Shown here one piece after another: positions 8,206 to 18,752 of a stretch of DNA of 64,000 nucleotides. This DNA is from an uncultured bacterium. GTDB taxonomy: Bacteria > JAGOEH01. Every line of letters starts with the position of its first letter. Positions within the stretch are counted from its first letter, which is position 1. The notes beneath the pieces were generated by a model. The model did no database searches and was not told the DNA's origin. It saw only the letters and a program-made list of their open reading frames with translations. The stretch lies in contig CAZWDO010000013.1 of NCBI GenBank assembly GCA_964632485.1, positions 1-64,000 of the forward strand, written 5' to 3'. Both the position numbers and the translations under genes were made by a program.

Positions 8206-10239
8206 CTACTCCCTGGCTAAAATACTTTCAATGATAAATAACAGCATGGCAATCCATAATAACATGTAACTCAATTCATTCCCTTGCCACAACTGGTCGA
8301 GCATGTTTTGCAGACGGCTCAACGATGTCAGCTCCATCAGTTCAATTCCGCAGGCCTTAGTGTCGATCATCAGTCCTGATTCGGATTCCAACCGATTCAG
8401 ATTCGCTGAAATTAACTGGTCGTTGTGATCCGCCGAATAGAGGCGGTAATTTCCCGCTTTGCTCAGCGGCAAATTCCAATCCTGTATTTTCTCTTCGGTT
8501 CCGTTAAGATATCCGATTTTTGTGTTCTGATTGATTCCCTGTTTTTTAATCCACTGGGTCAATCGATCACCAGTAAAAAACTCATTCGATTCCGAACCTT
8601 TAGCGCCCTGCAGAATGGTCTGGGTGACAAGGGTTTGAATGAACGGTACGAAAATAGGTTGGAACATCAGATTCGTAGCGTTTTCTTCAAACGGAAAGGC
8701 GAATATGACCATGTTTCCTTCCCCCTGGAGTTGCGTAGAGACGGCCAGCGGGGTTTGGTTCTGGGTATAAAGAAAAAATCGAAATGGTTGTTGTTGTGAA
8801 ATAAATAATTGGAAATAACGATAGAGCTTTGCGTTCTTCCAGTATAATGGATCATTGAGAGCCAGATTTTTCCCGACCACCAACTCCGATTTAAATGAAA
8901 AATATTCATTCGCTTCAGTGGTTGTCAGGGAATGAAACTGCAAGGGAAGTTGGAAAAAATCAAAATACGCGCGGTTGAGCGCGCTGATATCCGACTGAAG
9001 TCCGGGCAGAAAAAAAATGGCGCCGCCCTGATTGATGAATTGACGCAGGTTGCTCATTAAATAATAGGGAAAGGCGCTGAGTTGATTGAGAATGATTCCC
9101 TGATAGCGGTTGAAATTGAGATTCGGAAGGTTTTGCAGGTTGAATGTATCCACCCTAAAAACAGAAGCCGTATCGATGGGATTGATCGCCGCCAGTAAGG
9201 GAAAAGGATTGGCAGAAGTATCCGAAATGCAGAGCAGCCGGATAGTGTCGGGGATGATAAAATTGAAGTAATAGGCATTATCGTTGATAAAATCGTCATC
9301 CTGTAAAACTACTTGTCCGTGATGATTCCCGCCGTTTTTCAGGCTAAAATTGAAACTGGCCAGACTTTTCCCGTTTGATTCCAGGTTGATTAGTTTTTGT
9401 TCGATGCGTTGATTGTCTAAATACAAATCCAGTCCGGCATTGTCGGCTGATGAGGAAGAATGATTGCGAATTCTGACCATCAGCTCGATTTGGCTCCCGA
9501 CAACCATCTGTGGGTTGCTAAAATAAACGGAATCAACGGATAGATTATAGGGTTCTTTTTCTCCGGGTTGGATCAACTGAAAGTTGATGTTGGAAAATTT
9601 TTGCTTGAATTGAAAAAATGCGGTTGAATCCCATCCCCGATTTTGACCGTCACTGATGATCAGCACGCCGGCCAGTGGATGAATCAGATCATCGCAGGTT
9701 CGATTCAACGCGCGGAAGATTTTTCCCCAATCATATTCTAATTCGCTGATTTCAATTTGTTCGACAATCCGCTGCGCATTCATGACCGTTCCGCTTTGCC
9801 GCCATTCTACTTCTCCGCTGAGGGGATCAATCCAGTAATAACGGAATTGGTTGCCTTCCCCGATTTTTTCGCAAATGGCTGAAGCGATTCGTTTACCCAG
9901 TTCCCAACGGCTGCCTTCGGGCGTAAGGGTATTCATTGAAGCGGAGTTGTCCATGAGCAAAATGTAGCTTTGAGCAGAATGACCAAGCTGGAATTGGTTG
10001 TTGCGCAATAAAGGCCGGCTGAATGCCAGAACCAGCATCAACACCAGTAAGGTTCGGATTAAGAGCAACAGCCATTTTTTAAGTTGAAGTTTTTTGGCTT
10101 TTTTGCGATGTAGTTCCGACAGGTAGCGAAGCGTGCTGAATTCAAGTCTTTTTTTCTTCTGGCGATTCAGAAGATGGATGATAATCGGCAGTAATCCGAG
10201 TGTCAGGCCAAATAGAAAGATGCTGTTTAAAAAACTCAT
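8206..10239 (-). CDS. BatA/aerotolerance N-terminal domain + vWA + Ig-like membrane protein
   Basis: MSFLN..LPIIIHLL..FS.LR.L BatA N-terminus, DNSASM MIDAS, ISDGQ, C-terminal TM. Confidence 0.85.
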   Translation of the reverse strand: MSFLNSIFLFGLTLGLLPIIIHLLNRQKKKRLEFSTLRYLSELHRKKAKKLQLKKWLLLLIRTLLVLMLVLAFSRPLLRNNQFQLGHSAQSYILLMDNSASMNTLTPEGSRWELGKRIASAICEKIGEGNQFRYYWIDPLSGEVEWRQSGTVMNAQRIVEQIEISELEYDWGKIFRALNRTCDDLIHPLAGVLIISDGQNRGWDSTAFFQFKQKFSNINFQLIQPGEKEPYNLSVDSVYFSNPQMVVGSQIELMVRIRNHSSSSADNAGLDLYLDNQRIEQKLINLESNGKSLASFNFSLKNGGNHHGQVVLQDDDFINDNAYYFNFIIPDTIRLLCISDTSANPFPLLAAINPIDTASVFRVDTFNLQNLPNLNFNRYQGIILNQLSAFPYYLMSNLRQFINQGGAIFFLPGLQSDISALNRAYFDFFQLPLQFHSLTTTEANEYFSFKSELVVGKNLALNDPLYWKNAKLYRYFQLFISQQQPFRFFLYTQNQTPLAVSTQLQGEGNMVIFAFPFEENATNLMFQPIFVPFIQTLVTQTILQGAKGSESNEFFTGDRLTQWIKKQGINQNTKIGYLNGTEEKIQDWNLPLSKAGNYRLYSADHNDQLISANLNRLESESGLMIDTKACGIELMELTSLSRLQNMLDQLWQGNELSYMLLWIAMLLFIIESILARE

Positions 10240-10242
10240 AGT

Positions 10243-11136
10243 TTAACCCAGTCTCTTTCGTTTTTCGAGGTAGAACAGCAGGGTTTGGTCGTAGGGGACT
10301 TGGGTGTCAAATAGTTGATAATCGATCTGGTCATTGTGGCATTGAGTTTGGTAATACTCGGTCAATTCCTCTATTTTTTGGCAATAATCCTTTTTAATCA
10401 GCCAGGGTTGGGATACCAGTTTTTGTTCGGTTTCCAGGTCGATAAACTCAATATCCTGGCGAAAGTCCAGATCGCGTTCCCGCGGGTCCAGTATATGAAA
10501 AACAAGGACTTCATGTTGCCGGTATCGGAAATTGCGTAATGCCTGCATGACCTGGGCTGGTTCGTCGAACAGATCGGATATAAGAATAATCAGTCCCCGG
10601 CGCTTGATTTTTTCGGCCAGACGGCTCAAGACGGGATAAATCCCGGTAGAATGGGACGGTTCGCACTGTTCAAGCGACTGCAAAAGCGCGCGGAGTTGCG
10701 AAAATCGACTTTTGGGTGGGATATAGTGGGCCAGTTCTTCATGGAAAAGACCCAATCCTACGCCGTCCCGTTGCTTGATCATCAGCCAGGCCAATGCCGC
10801 TGCCAGGGTTTTGCCATATTCCAGCTTGTTGATCCCTCCCGATTGATACCGCATGGAATTGCTGCAATCCAGTAGTATATACGCTTTTAAATTTGTTTCT
10901 TCTTCATATTCCTTTATATAATATTTTCCGGTGCGGCCGTACACACGCCAATCGATATGGCGGATGGCATCGCCAGGGTTGTATGGGCGATGTTCGGCAA
11001 ATTCAACACTAAATCCATGGTAGGGGCTATGATGAAGTCCGGTTAAAAAGCCTTCTACAACTAATCGGGCTTTTAAATCGATTGTTTTCAATCGGCTGAC
11101 CACTTCCGGATCCAAATAAGGGCTCATCTTCTGCAA
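10243..11136 (-). CDS. DUF58 family protein (MoxR-associated, vWA-like)
   Basis: G.HHSPYHGFSVEFAEHRPY.PGD.IRHIDW; DCSNSM. Confidence 0.93.
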   Translation of the reverse strand: MQKMSPYLDPEVVSRLKTIDLKARLVVEGFLTGLHHSPYHGFSVEFAEHRPYNPGDAIRHIDWRVYGRTGKYYIKEYEEETNLKAYILLDCSNSMRYQSGGINKLEYGKTLAAALAWLMIKQRDGVGLGLFHEELAHYIPPKSRFSQLRALLQSLEQCEPSHSTGIYPVLSRLAEKIKRRGLIILISDLFDEPAQVMQALRNFRYRQHEVLVFHILDPRERDLDFRQDIEFIDLETEQKLVSQPWLIKKDYCQKIEELTEYYQTQCHNDQIDYQLFDTQVPYDQTLLFYLEKRKRLG

Positions 11137-11444
11137 AATTGGTCTCCTTTTCTCTAACCGTCCACACTCCCTGCGCGTTTCGTGGGGAATTCGCCCGGGT
11201 TGATCCTCCGGGGATTTTTACACGAGCCCGAGCGGAGAATCAAACCCAAATCGACAAAATCCGCAAGATACTCCAACGGTTGTCAGGCGTTTTATGGCGT
11301 CGAAGCATCTACGAGTTGGGGTCTTTTATTTTCGTTTTATTGAGAGTGTGAACTGTTTACTTTCCGCCAACTTATAAAATAACCGATTTTTCTTGAAAAT
11401 GCAATCGGATTTTTTCAAAAACAGCGCTTTTTTAAAATTTCACC

Positions 11445-11473
11445 TTGACTTATTGAGCTTTTTTTCTTAAAAT
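11445..11473 (+). promoter_or_regulatory. Sigma70-type promoter of the lipoprotein-TPR-c-di-GMP operon
   Basis: TTGACT-17 bp-TAAAAT. Confidence 0.55.
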
Positions 11474-11604
11474 AATGTATTAGTGAGCGCCCCGGTAACG
11501 CTGCCATTTTTCTGTTTCGGTAAAAACCTGAGTTTCCGGGCTGTATCAATTAAGCAATACATCAGCGGGACTACTGTAGAATGAATGTTAAAAAAAGGAT
11601 TTCT

Positions 11605-12021
11605 ATGACTAAATATTTGATGGTGGTAATTTTAATGGCTGGATTGGTTGGGTGCGCATCAACGCGTCAGGATTTAAAAAAAATCGATCAGTTACTGCTG
11701 ACCCGTCAGCAGGCGTATGCATCCAATGATGTCGAAACGATGATGAGTACGTATCATCCTGACTATCGGCAGGGGGAAATGAATTTTTCCTTGAAAATGA
11801 GCTGGTTCAGCGAGTATTTTAAAGAGGGTCAGAGCTATAGTTTTTCATTTTCCAATATCCGCTTCGCCAAACGAAAAAACATATATTATGTGACGTATGA
11901 TTACACATTGGAGAAGAATATGACTCAAGAGGGACGCGGTTTTTCCATGAAAAATACCGACCAGCGACTGACGTTGGTTCCCTTTGAAAATCGATTGGTG
12001 GAGTATGGAGACCATGATTAG
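11605..12021 (+). CDS. Lipoprotein, NTF2/SnoaL-like fold
   Basis: MTKYLMVVILMAGLVG-C lipobox; AY..NDV..MM..YHPDY pattern. Start could also be 11581. Confidence 0.7.
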   Translation: MTKYLMVVILMAGLVGCASTRQDLKKIDQLLLTRQQAYASNDVETMMSTYHPDYRQGEMNFSLKMSWFSEYFKEGQSYSFSFSNIRFAKRKNIYYVTYDYTLEKNMTQEGRGFSMKNTDQRLTLVPFENRLVEYGDHD

Positions 12022-15000
12022 AATCATTGGTTTGGGGTTTATTTTCATCCTTGGCTGGATACAGGTGGTTCTGGCCCAGAATGTTATCGATTTTAAACAG
12101 TTTCAATATGCAAAGACACTATTTCGGGATAAACTTTTTGATCAATCAGCCGTTGAATTCCAAGAATTTTACCAGAAAAACAATCATAATAGTTATGCAG
12201 ACAGCGCGTTATTCATGGCTGCCCTGAGTTATGCCCATGATCAGCAATATTCCCAAGCGCTTTTATTTTTTAACAATTATTTAACATTTTACGGGCAATC
12301 CTACCTTGCGCCCCGCGCTTTACATGAGCTGGGAAGGGTCTATGCCTCCCAGGGCCAGTCGGACGTCGCGGTGGACCTTTGGATGAGTATTCCCAAAAAG
12401 TATCCGGTCAGCGAATGGGCGGAAACCGGAATGATGGCAGCGTTGCAAACCCGGGCTCAAGCTTTGAATATTGAGGAATCATTCGCCATTGCGCAAGCCT
12501 ATCGGGCGCTCTATCCCCGTGGCACTTATCTGCGGCAAATGCAGTTCATCGTCGCCCGGCAACTGAGAATGAACCAACAATATTCTCAGGCTTTAACCGC
12601 TTTGCAGATTGTGCTGCAATCCAGTTCCACAGACAGCCTTTATCTGGGGGCTTTATGGGAAAAAGCCTATATTCTTAAACAGTTAGGCGAATTGAAAACA
12701 GCTCATGCGGATAGCCGTTTGTTGGTAGAACGCTCCAACTCTGATTTGCCAATTCATCGTTCCGCATTAGCGCTTAAAAGCGAACTGGAAATGGATCAGT
12801 ATTTTTTTACCGAGGCGGCGTCCTCTCTTGGGAAATTGATCCGCTTGGACCCTTTCTCTCTGGAAACTGCGCGCGCTTTACATAAAATGGATCGCTACCA
12901 GCAGATCCAACTACTGGCGCCGGCCTGTTCCCCTTTGCCGCCCTTAAAGAATTTCAACGATTTAAATCTGTTTTATCTTGCCAAATCGTTGTTGCTTAAT
13001 CAACGGCCCGATTCGGCGCTGAAAGCGCTTGAGCGGATAGAAGTGAAATCTTTGTTTGAAGAAGAAACCGCTCAGTATCCTTTTATAAAATACGAGGCCT
13101 ATTTAGCGCTGCACCGGCAACTGGAGGCCGAGCAAGCCCTGTGGGAAGGTTTGAACGCTTCTCTGGGCGAAGCTGTTAAATCCCGATTGGCAGGTCAGGC
13201 ACTGGAATTTCAGATCAGCCAGGCGCAACCCCTTCCTATTATAAAAAATACATTACGGTTTTTTGAATCTAATAAAATACCGTTGACGGCGCGCCATTAC
13301 CTGGAGTGCGCCCGATATTGCGAAAAAATGAATGACTGGACGGGCGCGCTGACGTTGTGGCAGACAATCATTGAAAAGTATCCTTACGATCAGACTGTGC
13401 TGACCGCCCGCAGTGCCTTGGCTAAACTTCAATCACTCTATTTGCCCGAATTCATTCCGCCTGAATACTATATGTTGCAGACCCAGAGTCCTTCCTTCGC
13501 CAGAGGTTTGATTGCTTTTTATAACCGGGAATTTAAGATAGCGGCGCAAATCATACGGCCATTGATCAAGGAAAACCTGGACAATCGGTTCATTGCCGAG
13601 CTGATGGTTAAGACGTACACCTATGGCACGCTGAAGAAGAGTTGGACTCTTGAAGAGACGCGGGTCGCCATGGAAGAGTTGGCCGGTTTTTTCCCCGCAT
13701 TCCGGGAGACAATCGATTATTATCGTTTACAAATCGAGCCGAAACAGGAAGATTTTGTAGAATTTTTAGGTCTTTATCCGTCAAGTTCATTTTTGCAGAA
13801 TGTCCGTCTCCAACAGGCTAAGTATTTCTGCGAAAAAAATGAATATCGGGAAGCCTGGTCGGCCATCGCCCCATATTGCAAGACGGCGCCAAGCGGGAGC
13901 ATATCAGCGCAGATTCTTTTATATGGCGCCTTATCGGCTACGCGCAGCGCGAACTATGTGGATGCCCGACGGCTTTGGGAGGGATATCTGCAGTCGCCGG
14001 ATTCGGCCATTGAATATCCTTTTGCTCAGTATGAATATATCTCTTGCTTAATTGCCCTGGATGATCACTCCCGGGCGTATGCCGAAGCTCAGCGTTTTTT
14101 TCCGCGTTATGTGGATGCCGCCGGTATTTCCCAGCGATTAACAGCGCTGAAGATCGAACTGGCCCAAAGCGCTTTAAAAGAGCGCCACTATGATCAAGTT
14201 CGGCTGATCCTCGAAAATTTATCGCTCCATAATCAGTACCAATTATTGATGGGGCGCCTCTATTTGGAGCAGGATATGTATGCGCAATCGATCGAATGCC
14301 TGGCGAAAATCGGAGAAAATGATTCGCTTTATGCCCAGGCCCGCTTTTATCAAGGGTTAGCTTACAGCGCTTCCTTCCTGGAAAACCAGGCGATTGAAGC
14401 TTTTTCCGCTGCTGTGGGGGCTTCCGGTCACAATCCTCGAAGGGTCGATGCCCGTTTAAAATTGGCCGAACTCTATTTGAAAAATGATCTGGAGTTGCTG
14501 GCCTCGAACCAATTGGCCGCACTGGAACAGGATACCCTCTCCGCTGATAACCGCTTTGACGCGACGGTGTTAAAACTTAAGCTCGCTATTTTGAAAAATG
14601 AAGCCGCGAAAGTACAAAAAGAAGTGGCGCAATTGCGCAAGGATTACCCGCAGAAACAAACGGTTTATTACGAACTGATGAATGAAATCTGCGCCGCTTA
14701 TATCAATAAAAAAAATTTAAGCAAAGCGGAGGATATTGTCAAGGACTTACTGGATGATGCGGCGGCTCCCCCCATGGAAAAAATTCGCGCCCAAAAAAAT
14801 AAGGGAGTCATTCTTTTCAATCGTGATAAATTCACCGAATCTGTTTCCACTCTTTTAGCCGCTAAAAACCAGGCGCCTTCTTCCAATTTGTTGGCCGAAA
14901 TTTGCTTTAGCCTTAGTACTGCCTATTACTATGGCGAACCCCGTAATGTGATGGGAACCATTGAAAATTACGAGCAAATCACGCGCTTGCAAAATGTGCA

Positions 15001-15502
15001 TCCCACTATTTTAAGTGAAACCTGGTTTAACCTCGGAACAGTCTATGAAGAAAATAAACAGTTCGCGCAAGCAGTCGTTGCGTACCAAAATTTGATCCGC
15101 GACTTTCCCGATCATCCGCGCGCTGTCCGGGCGCGTTTCCGGATTGGTTACTGCTATTATAGTACCTTCCGTTATCCGGAAGCGATCTCGGTGTACCAGC
15201 AGATGATTCCGTCCGTTAAAGGGGAGGATGCGGCTGAGCTGCATTATTACCTCGGTGATTGCTATTATAAAAACGGGGAGTTCGTTTCAGCGATTCAACA
15301 ATTTCTGATCGTTGCCTATGAATATAATGAGTTCCCTATGTTTGCCGTTACCGCTTTGTATATGACGGGAGAAATTTATCAACGTCATGGAGAGCGAGAT
15401 AAAGCGATTATGATTTACGACAAAATTGTAAAAAAATTCGGCGCTGAAAGTCAATATGGGCAAATGGCTGCTCAGCGACTACTGGAAATGTCCCATGAAT
15501 GA
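12014..15502 (+). CDS. Very large exported TPR protein (BamD/CpoB-like repeats)
   Basis: Signal peptide after ATG 12014 (GGAG RBS); many TPR units with YP/FP turns. Confidence 0.85.
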   Translation: MIRIIGLGFIFILGWIQVVLAQNVIDFKQFQYAKTLFRDKLFDQSAVEFQEFYQKNNHNSYADSALFMAALSYAHDQQYSQALLFFNNYLTFYGQSYLAPRALHELGRVYASQGQSDVAVDLWMSIPKKYPVSEWAETGMMAALQTRAQALNIEESFAIAQAYRALYPRGTYLRQMQFIVARQLRMNQQYSQALTALQIVLQSSSTDSLYLGALWEKAYILKQLGELKTAHADSRLLVERSNSDLPIHRSALALKSELEMDQYFFTEAASSLGKLIRLDPFSLETARALHKMDRYQQIQLLAPACSPLPPLKNFNDLNLFYLAKSLLLNQRPDSALKALERIEVKSLFEEETAQYPFIKYEAYLALHRQLEAEQALWEGLNASLGEAVKSRLAGQALEFQISQAQPLPIIKNTLRFFESNKIPLTARHYLECARYCEKMNDWTGALTLWQTIIEKYPYDQTVLTARSALAKLQSLYLPEFIPPEYYMLQTQSPSFARGLIAFYNREFKIAAQIIRPLIKENLDNRFIAELMVKTYTYGTLKKSWTLEETRVAMEELAGFFPAFRETIDYYRLQIEPKQEDFVEFLGLYPSSSFLQNVRLQQAKYFCEKNEYREAWSAIAPYCKTAPSGSISAQILLYGALSATRSANYVDARRLWEGYLQSPDSAIEYPFAQYEYISCLIALDDHSRAYAEAQRFFPRYVDAAGISQRLTALKIELAQSALKERHYDQVRLILENLSLHNQYQLLMGRLYLEQDMYAQSIECLAKIGENDSLYAQARFYQGLAYSASFLENQAIEAFSAAVGASGHNPRRVDARLKLAELYLKNDLELLASNQLAALEQDTLSADNRFDATVLKLKLAILKNEAAKVQKEVAQLRKDYPQKQTVYYELMNEICAAYINKKNLSKAEDIVKDLLDDAAAPPMEKIRAQKNKGVILFNRDKFTESVSTLLAAKNQAPSSNLLAEICFSLSTAYYYGEPRNVMGTIENYEQITRLQNVHPTILSETWFNLGTVYEENKQFAQAVVAYQNLIRDFPDHPRAVRARFRIGYCYYSTFRYPEAISVYQQMIPSVKGEDAAELHYYLGDCYYKNGEFVSAIQQFLIVAYEYNEFPMFAVTALYMTGEIYQRHGERDKAIMIYDKIVKKFGAESQYGQMAAQRLLEMSHE

Positions 15503-16904
15503 AAATTTTTATGTTCTGATCGTTGACGACGATAGCTCGATTACCGACCAGTTATCTGAATATCTGCATTTAAAATATAATCATTATCGGATCACAACGG
15601 CGGATAATGCGGAAAAAGCGCTCGAATATCTGGAAAATCATGTTTTTGACTTAATTGTCAGTGATATCAATCTCCCCGGTTTGAATGGAAATCAACTTGC
15701 TTCCAGGATTCGCGAAAAAAATCAGGAGAGCGCAATTATCCTCATCACGGGTTTTGCAACGATGCAATCGGTCGTTGAGGCTATCAATATCGGCGTTGAT
15801 TCCTATATTATCAAGCCGTTTACTTTTTCAGATTTCGATCTTAAAATCAATGAAGTGATGCATAAACGTGAGATTGCCCGGTTGAATAACATTAATCAGG
15901 TATTGAAGGATGATCTGGAGTATAAAAACCAATTATCGCAACTGGTGATTTCACTCAGTAGCATCAATCGATTAAAGGATTTTGTCCAGCGCGCCTGCAA
16001 TATATTGCGTGAAATGCTGCCTTTTTCAAATATTTTGGTTTGGTATCGCATTAATCGGCGGGAAGAAGCCTTTTATTTCACGTCATACTCTCATCGAGTC
16101 AATGATCCGTTTCTTGTGGAAACGTTCCGCCAGCTGGGACTTGATCTTGTGCCGGAGCAATGGGCAGATCAAATCGGCAAGCGCCTCGAAACCATTGCCA
16201 TAACTTCTATAGCGACGTCTCAACAACTGAGACAACCGGTTACCAGCCAAAAATTGTATGATAAAAATGGTTGGTTTATATATTTAAGCTATCAGTTTTG
16301 CCAACTGAATGAGAACATCAACACAAAGAACACCATCAATTTGCAGCTCACTTTCGATATTATTCAATTACTGCTTCGTAATGTAATATTAATTGAGGAG
16401 CTGGATTATAATAGTTCGATTGACGGTTTAACGAAGGCCTATAACCATCGGTTTTTTTATGAGTTTCTGGATAAGTCGTTAATCCGGGCCCAGCGGGAAG
16501 ACCACCCCCTCAGTGTGGTGATGTTGGATGTGGATAATTTTAAAATTGTCAATGATAAATTCGGGCATATTGTCGGCGATCAGGTATTAGTTGACCTGGT
16601 ACAAATTATTTTAAAATCGATTCGGCAATCGGATATTCTGGCTCGTTATGGAGGGGATGAATTTGCCATAATTTTTCCGAATTGCGCGGTGGACCATACT
16701 CTGCAGATTTGCCACCGGATACTGGATACTATAAAATTGGCTCCGATTACAAAGCTGGTTGAAAACTTGTTTTCTATTAGTATCGGTATTGCCGAATACC
16801 AGCAAAGCAAGTCTGAATCCTCCCAGGAACTATTGATTAAAGCTGATTCTGCTCTCTATGAAGCCAAGCATTCCGGTAAAAGCAAAATTTTTTATTATGA
16901 ATGA
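15495..16904 (+). CDS. Response regulator-diguanylate cyclase (REC-GGDEF)
   Basis: VDDD/SDINLP/KP receiver motifs; DGLT..N, DVDNFK, RQSD I-site, RYGGDEF. Confidence 0.93.
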   Translation: MNENFYVLIVDDDSSITDQLSEYLHLKYNHYRITTADNAEKALEYLENHVFDLIVSDINLPGLNGNQLASRIREKNQESAIILITGFATMQSVVEAINIGVDSYIIKPFTFSDFDLKINEVMHKREIARLNNINQVLKDDLEYKNQLSQLVISLSSINRLKDFVQRACNILREMLPFSNILVWYRINRREEAFYFTSYSHRVNDPFLVETFRQLGLDLVPEQWADQIGKRLETIAITSIATSQQLRQPVTSQKLYDKNGWFIYLSYQFCQLNENINTKNTINLQLTFDIIQLLLRNVILIEELDYNSSIDGLTKAYNHRFFYEFLDKSLIRAQREDHPLSVVMLDVDNFKIVNDKFGHIVGDQVLVDLVQIILKSIRQSDILARYGGDEFAIIFPNCAVDHTLQICHRILDTIKLAPITKLVENLFSISIGIAEYQQSKSESSQELLIKADSALYEAKHSGKSKIFYYE

Positions 16905-18348
16905 ATTTGCGCAGAAACCCCACATCCTTTTAGTTGATGATGAACAGTCAATCCGGGAAATTTTTAGCGATTATCTGCATTTGAAAGGATACCAGATCAC
17001 CCAGGCCCGTAACGGCAGGGAAGCTCTTGAACGCTTGCACCGAATGACGTTCGATTTGATCATTACCGACTTAAATATGCCGGAAATAAATGGGGTAGAA
17101 CTTATTCAGAAGCTTCGTGAAAAAAATAACTCTATTCCCGTGATCATCATTACCGGATTCCCCTCGCTCGATACTGCTATTCGCGCTTTGAAAGGGGGCG
17201 CTACTGATTATTTGATCAAGCCGATCAACCTCGAAGAAATCTCTTTAAAAATTAAACGAGTTCTTGAAGAAAATCTTATTCGTAAAGAATCGTTTTTACT
17301 AAAACAATTAACACGATTTCTGGATTTTACTTATCGGTTGAGCATGCAATCCAATCTTCATTTGATTTTGCAGGAAGTCACTCATTTTTTAAAGGAAACA
17401 GTTAATTTTGACGGTATTTATCTGTTCACCGATTTTAAAAATGAAAGTGGTCTGGTTTTTCAGCATACACAACATCTCAATCTTCCGTTACCTCAGAATG
17501 AATTCGACCGTTGCATCCATTTGATGAGCAGTTCACTACAGGTTTTAGTGACCTCTTCATCCATAAATTCGGAAATGTCGGATAAATTTTCTTTTACATC
17601 GACCTTCCATCTAGGGCTTATCCCCCTGATCGCTTTTAATCGGCTCTTTGGGGGAATTATCATCAGCAAGGTGAATATCCCGTACACAGACTATTATCAA
17701 CAGATTATGCGCATGTTGGCCAATCATATGCAGACAATTTTGGAAAACTATGTGTTGAACCAGGATATCCGCATCAATTATGTGGCGACTATCCAGGCAT
17801 TAACGGAAGCGGTCGATAAAAAAGATCCCTACACGCATTATCATTCTCAAAATGTGATGAAATTGTCATTGTCTTTAGGAAAAGCCTTCGCGTTATCGGA
17901 CGAAGAACTTGAAATACTCACTTATGCAGCGTTATTGCATGATATAGGTAAAATCGGGATTGCTGATTCGATCTTGAATAAAATTGGGAAGCTGACTGAT
18001 GAAGAATACCAAATTATAAAAATTCACCCGGTGATTGGGGCGGATATCGTGAAAAAAGTTCCGTCGCATCGTAAACTGGTCCCTCATATTCTAAGCCATC
18101 ACGAACGGATTGATGGTAAAGGATACCCTCATGGGTTAAAAAATGGTGAAATTACTCTGTTGGCTAAAATTATCGCCGTCGCGGATACCTTCGAGGCTAT
18201 GTTTTCCAGTCGTGTGTATCGTAACGCCCTCCCGTTGGATTATATCCGCGAAGAATTGATCCATGTGGCGGGAAAACAACTGGATGAAATGGTCGTTCAA
18301 AAAATGATCCATATTATTGATAACAATCAACTTCCAGTATTACAATGA
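16897..18348 (+). CDS. Response regulator-HD-GYP c-di-GMP phosphodiesterase
   Basis: Receiver VDDE/TDLNMP/KP; LLHDIGK, HHERIDGKGYP, VADTF. Confidence 0.93.
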   Translation: MNEFAQKPHILLVDDEQSIREIFSDYLHLKGYQITQARNGREALERLHRMTFDLIITDLNMPEINGVELIQKLREKNNSIPVIIITGFPSLDTAIRALKGGATDYLIKPINLEEISLKIKRVLEENLIRKESFLLKQLTRFLDFTYRLSMQSNLHLILQEVTHFLKETVNFDGIYLFTDFKNESGLVFQHTQHLNLPLPQNEFDRCIHLMSSSLQVLVTSSSINSEMSDKFSFTSTFHLGLIPLIAFNRLFGGIIISKVNIPYTDYYQQIMRMLANHMQTILENYVLNQDIRINYVATIQALTEAVDKKDPYTHYHSQNVMKLSLSLGKAFALSDEELEILTYAALLHDIGKIGIADSILNKIGKLTDEEYQIIKIHPVIGADIVKKVPSHRKLVPHILSHHERIDGKGYPHGLKNGEITLLAKIIAVADTFEAMFSSRVYRNALPLDYIREELIHVAGKQLDEMVVQKMIHIIDNNQLPVLQ

Positions 18349-18752
18349 AAAAAATCAGTGCCCTCCTTATCATCTTTCTAATGGGAATTCTCCCGTTGCG
18401 GGCAGATGTGAAAAACCATCATTCTCCCCGCAAGGCATTTTTACTTTCAACCTTTATACCGGGGGGAGGGCAAATTTATAACCAAAAAAAATGGAAGAGT
18501 CTGGTTATCTCGACCGTTGAAACAACCTGTTTTTCACTGGTCGTATATAATTCCTTGAAATATCGGCACCTCGGCCAGGATAAATATTTGGAACGCCGCA
18601 GCTCATTTCTATTATGTGGGATCGCTACCGGTCTCTATTCCATGGTCGATGCCTATATTGACGCTCATTTTTTCGATTTTGAAAACCAATATACACGACT
18701 TCAGATCGAGCAAGGGGAGATTAAATTTTCCTTTTGCTTCGCTCTCCCTTAG
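18345..18752 (+). CDS. DUF5683-like exported/membrane protein
   Basis: SPRKAFLLS..PGGGQIYN..W and DAYIDAH.F motifs. Confidence 0.8.
   Translation: MKKISALLIIFLMGILPLRADVKNHHSPRKAFLLSTFIPGGGQIYNQKKWKSLVISTVETTCFSLVVYNSLKYRHLGQDKYLERRSSFLLCGIATGLYSMVDAYIDAHFFDFENQYTRLQIEQGEIKFSFCFALP

Noticed and set aside
11139-11351. 70-aa plus-strand ORF
   Set aside because: TTG start without SD; lies antisense in the DUF58 leader.
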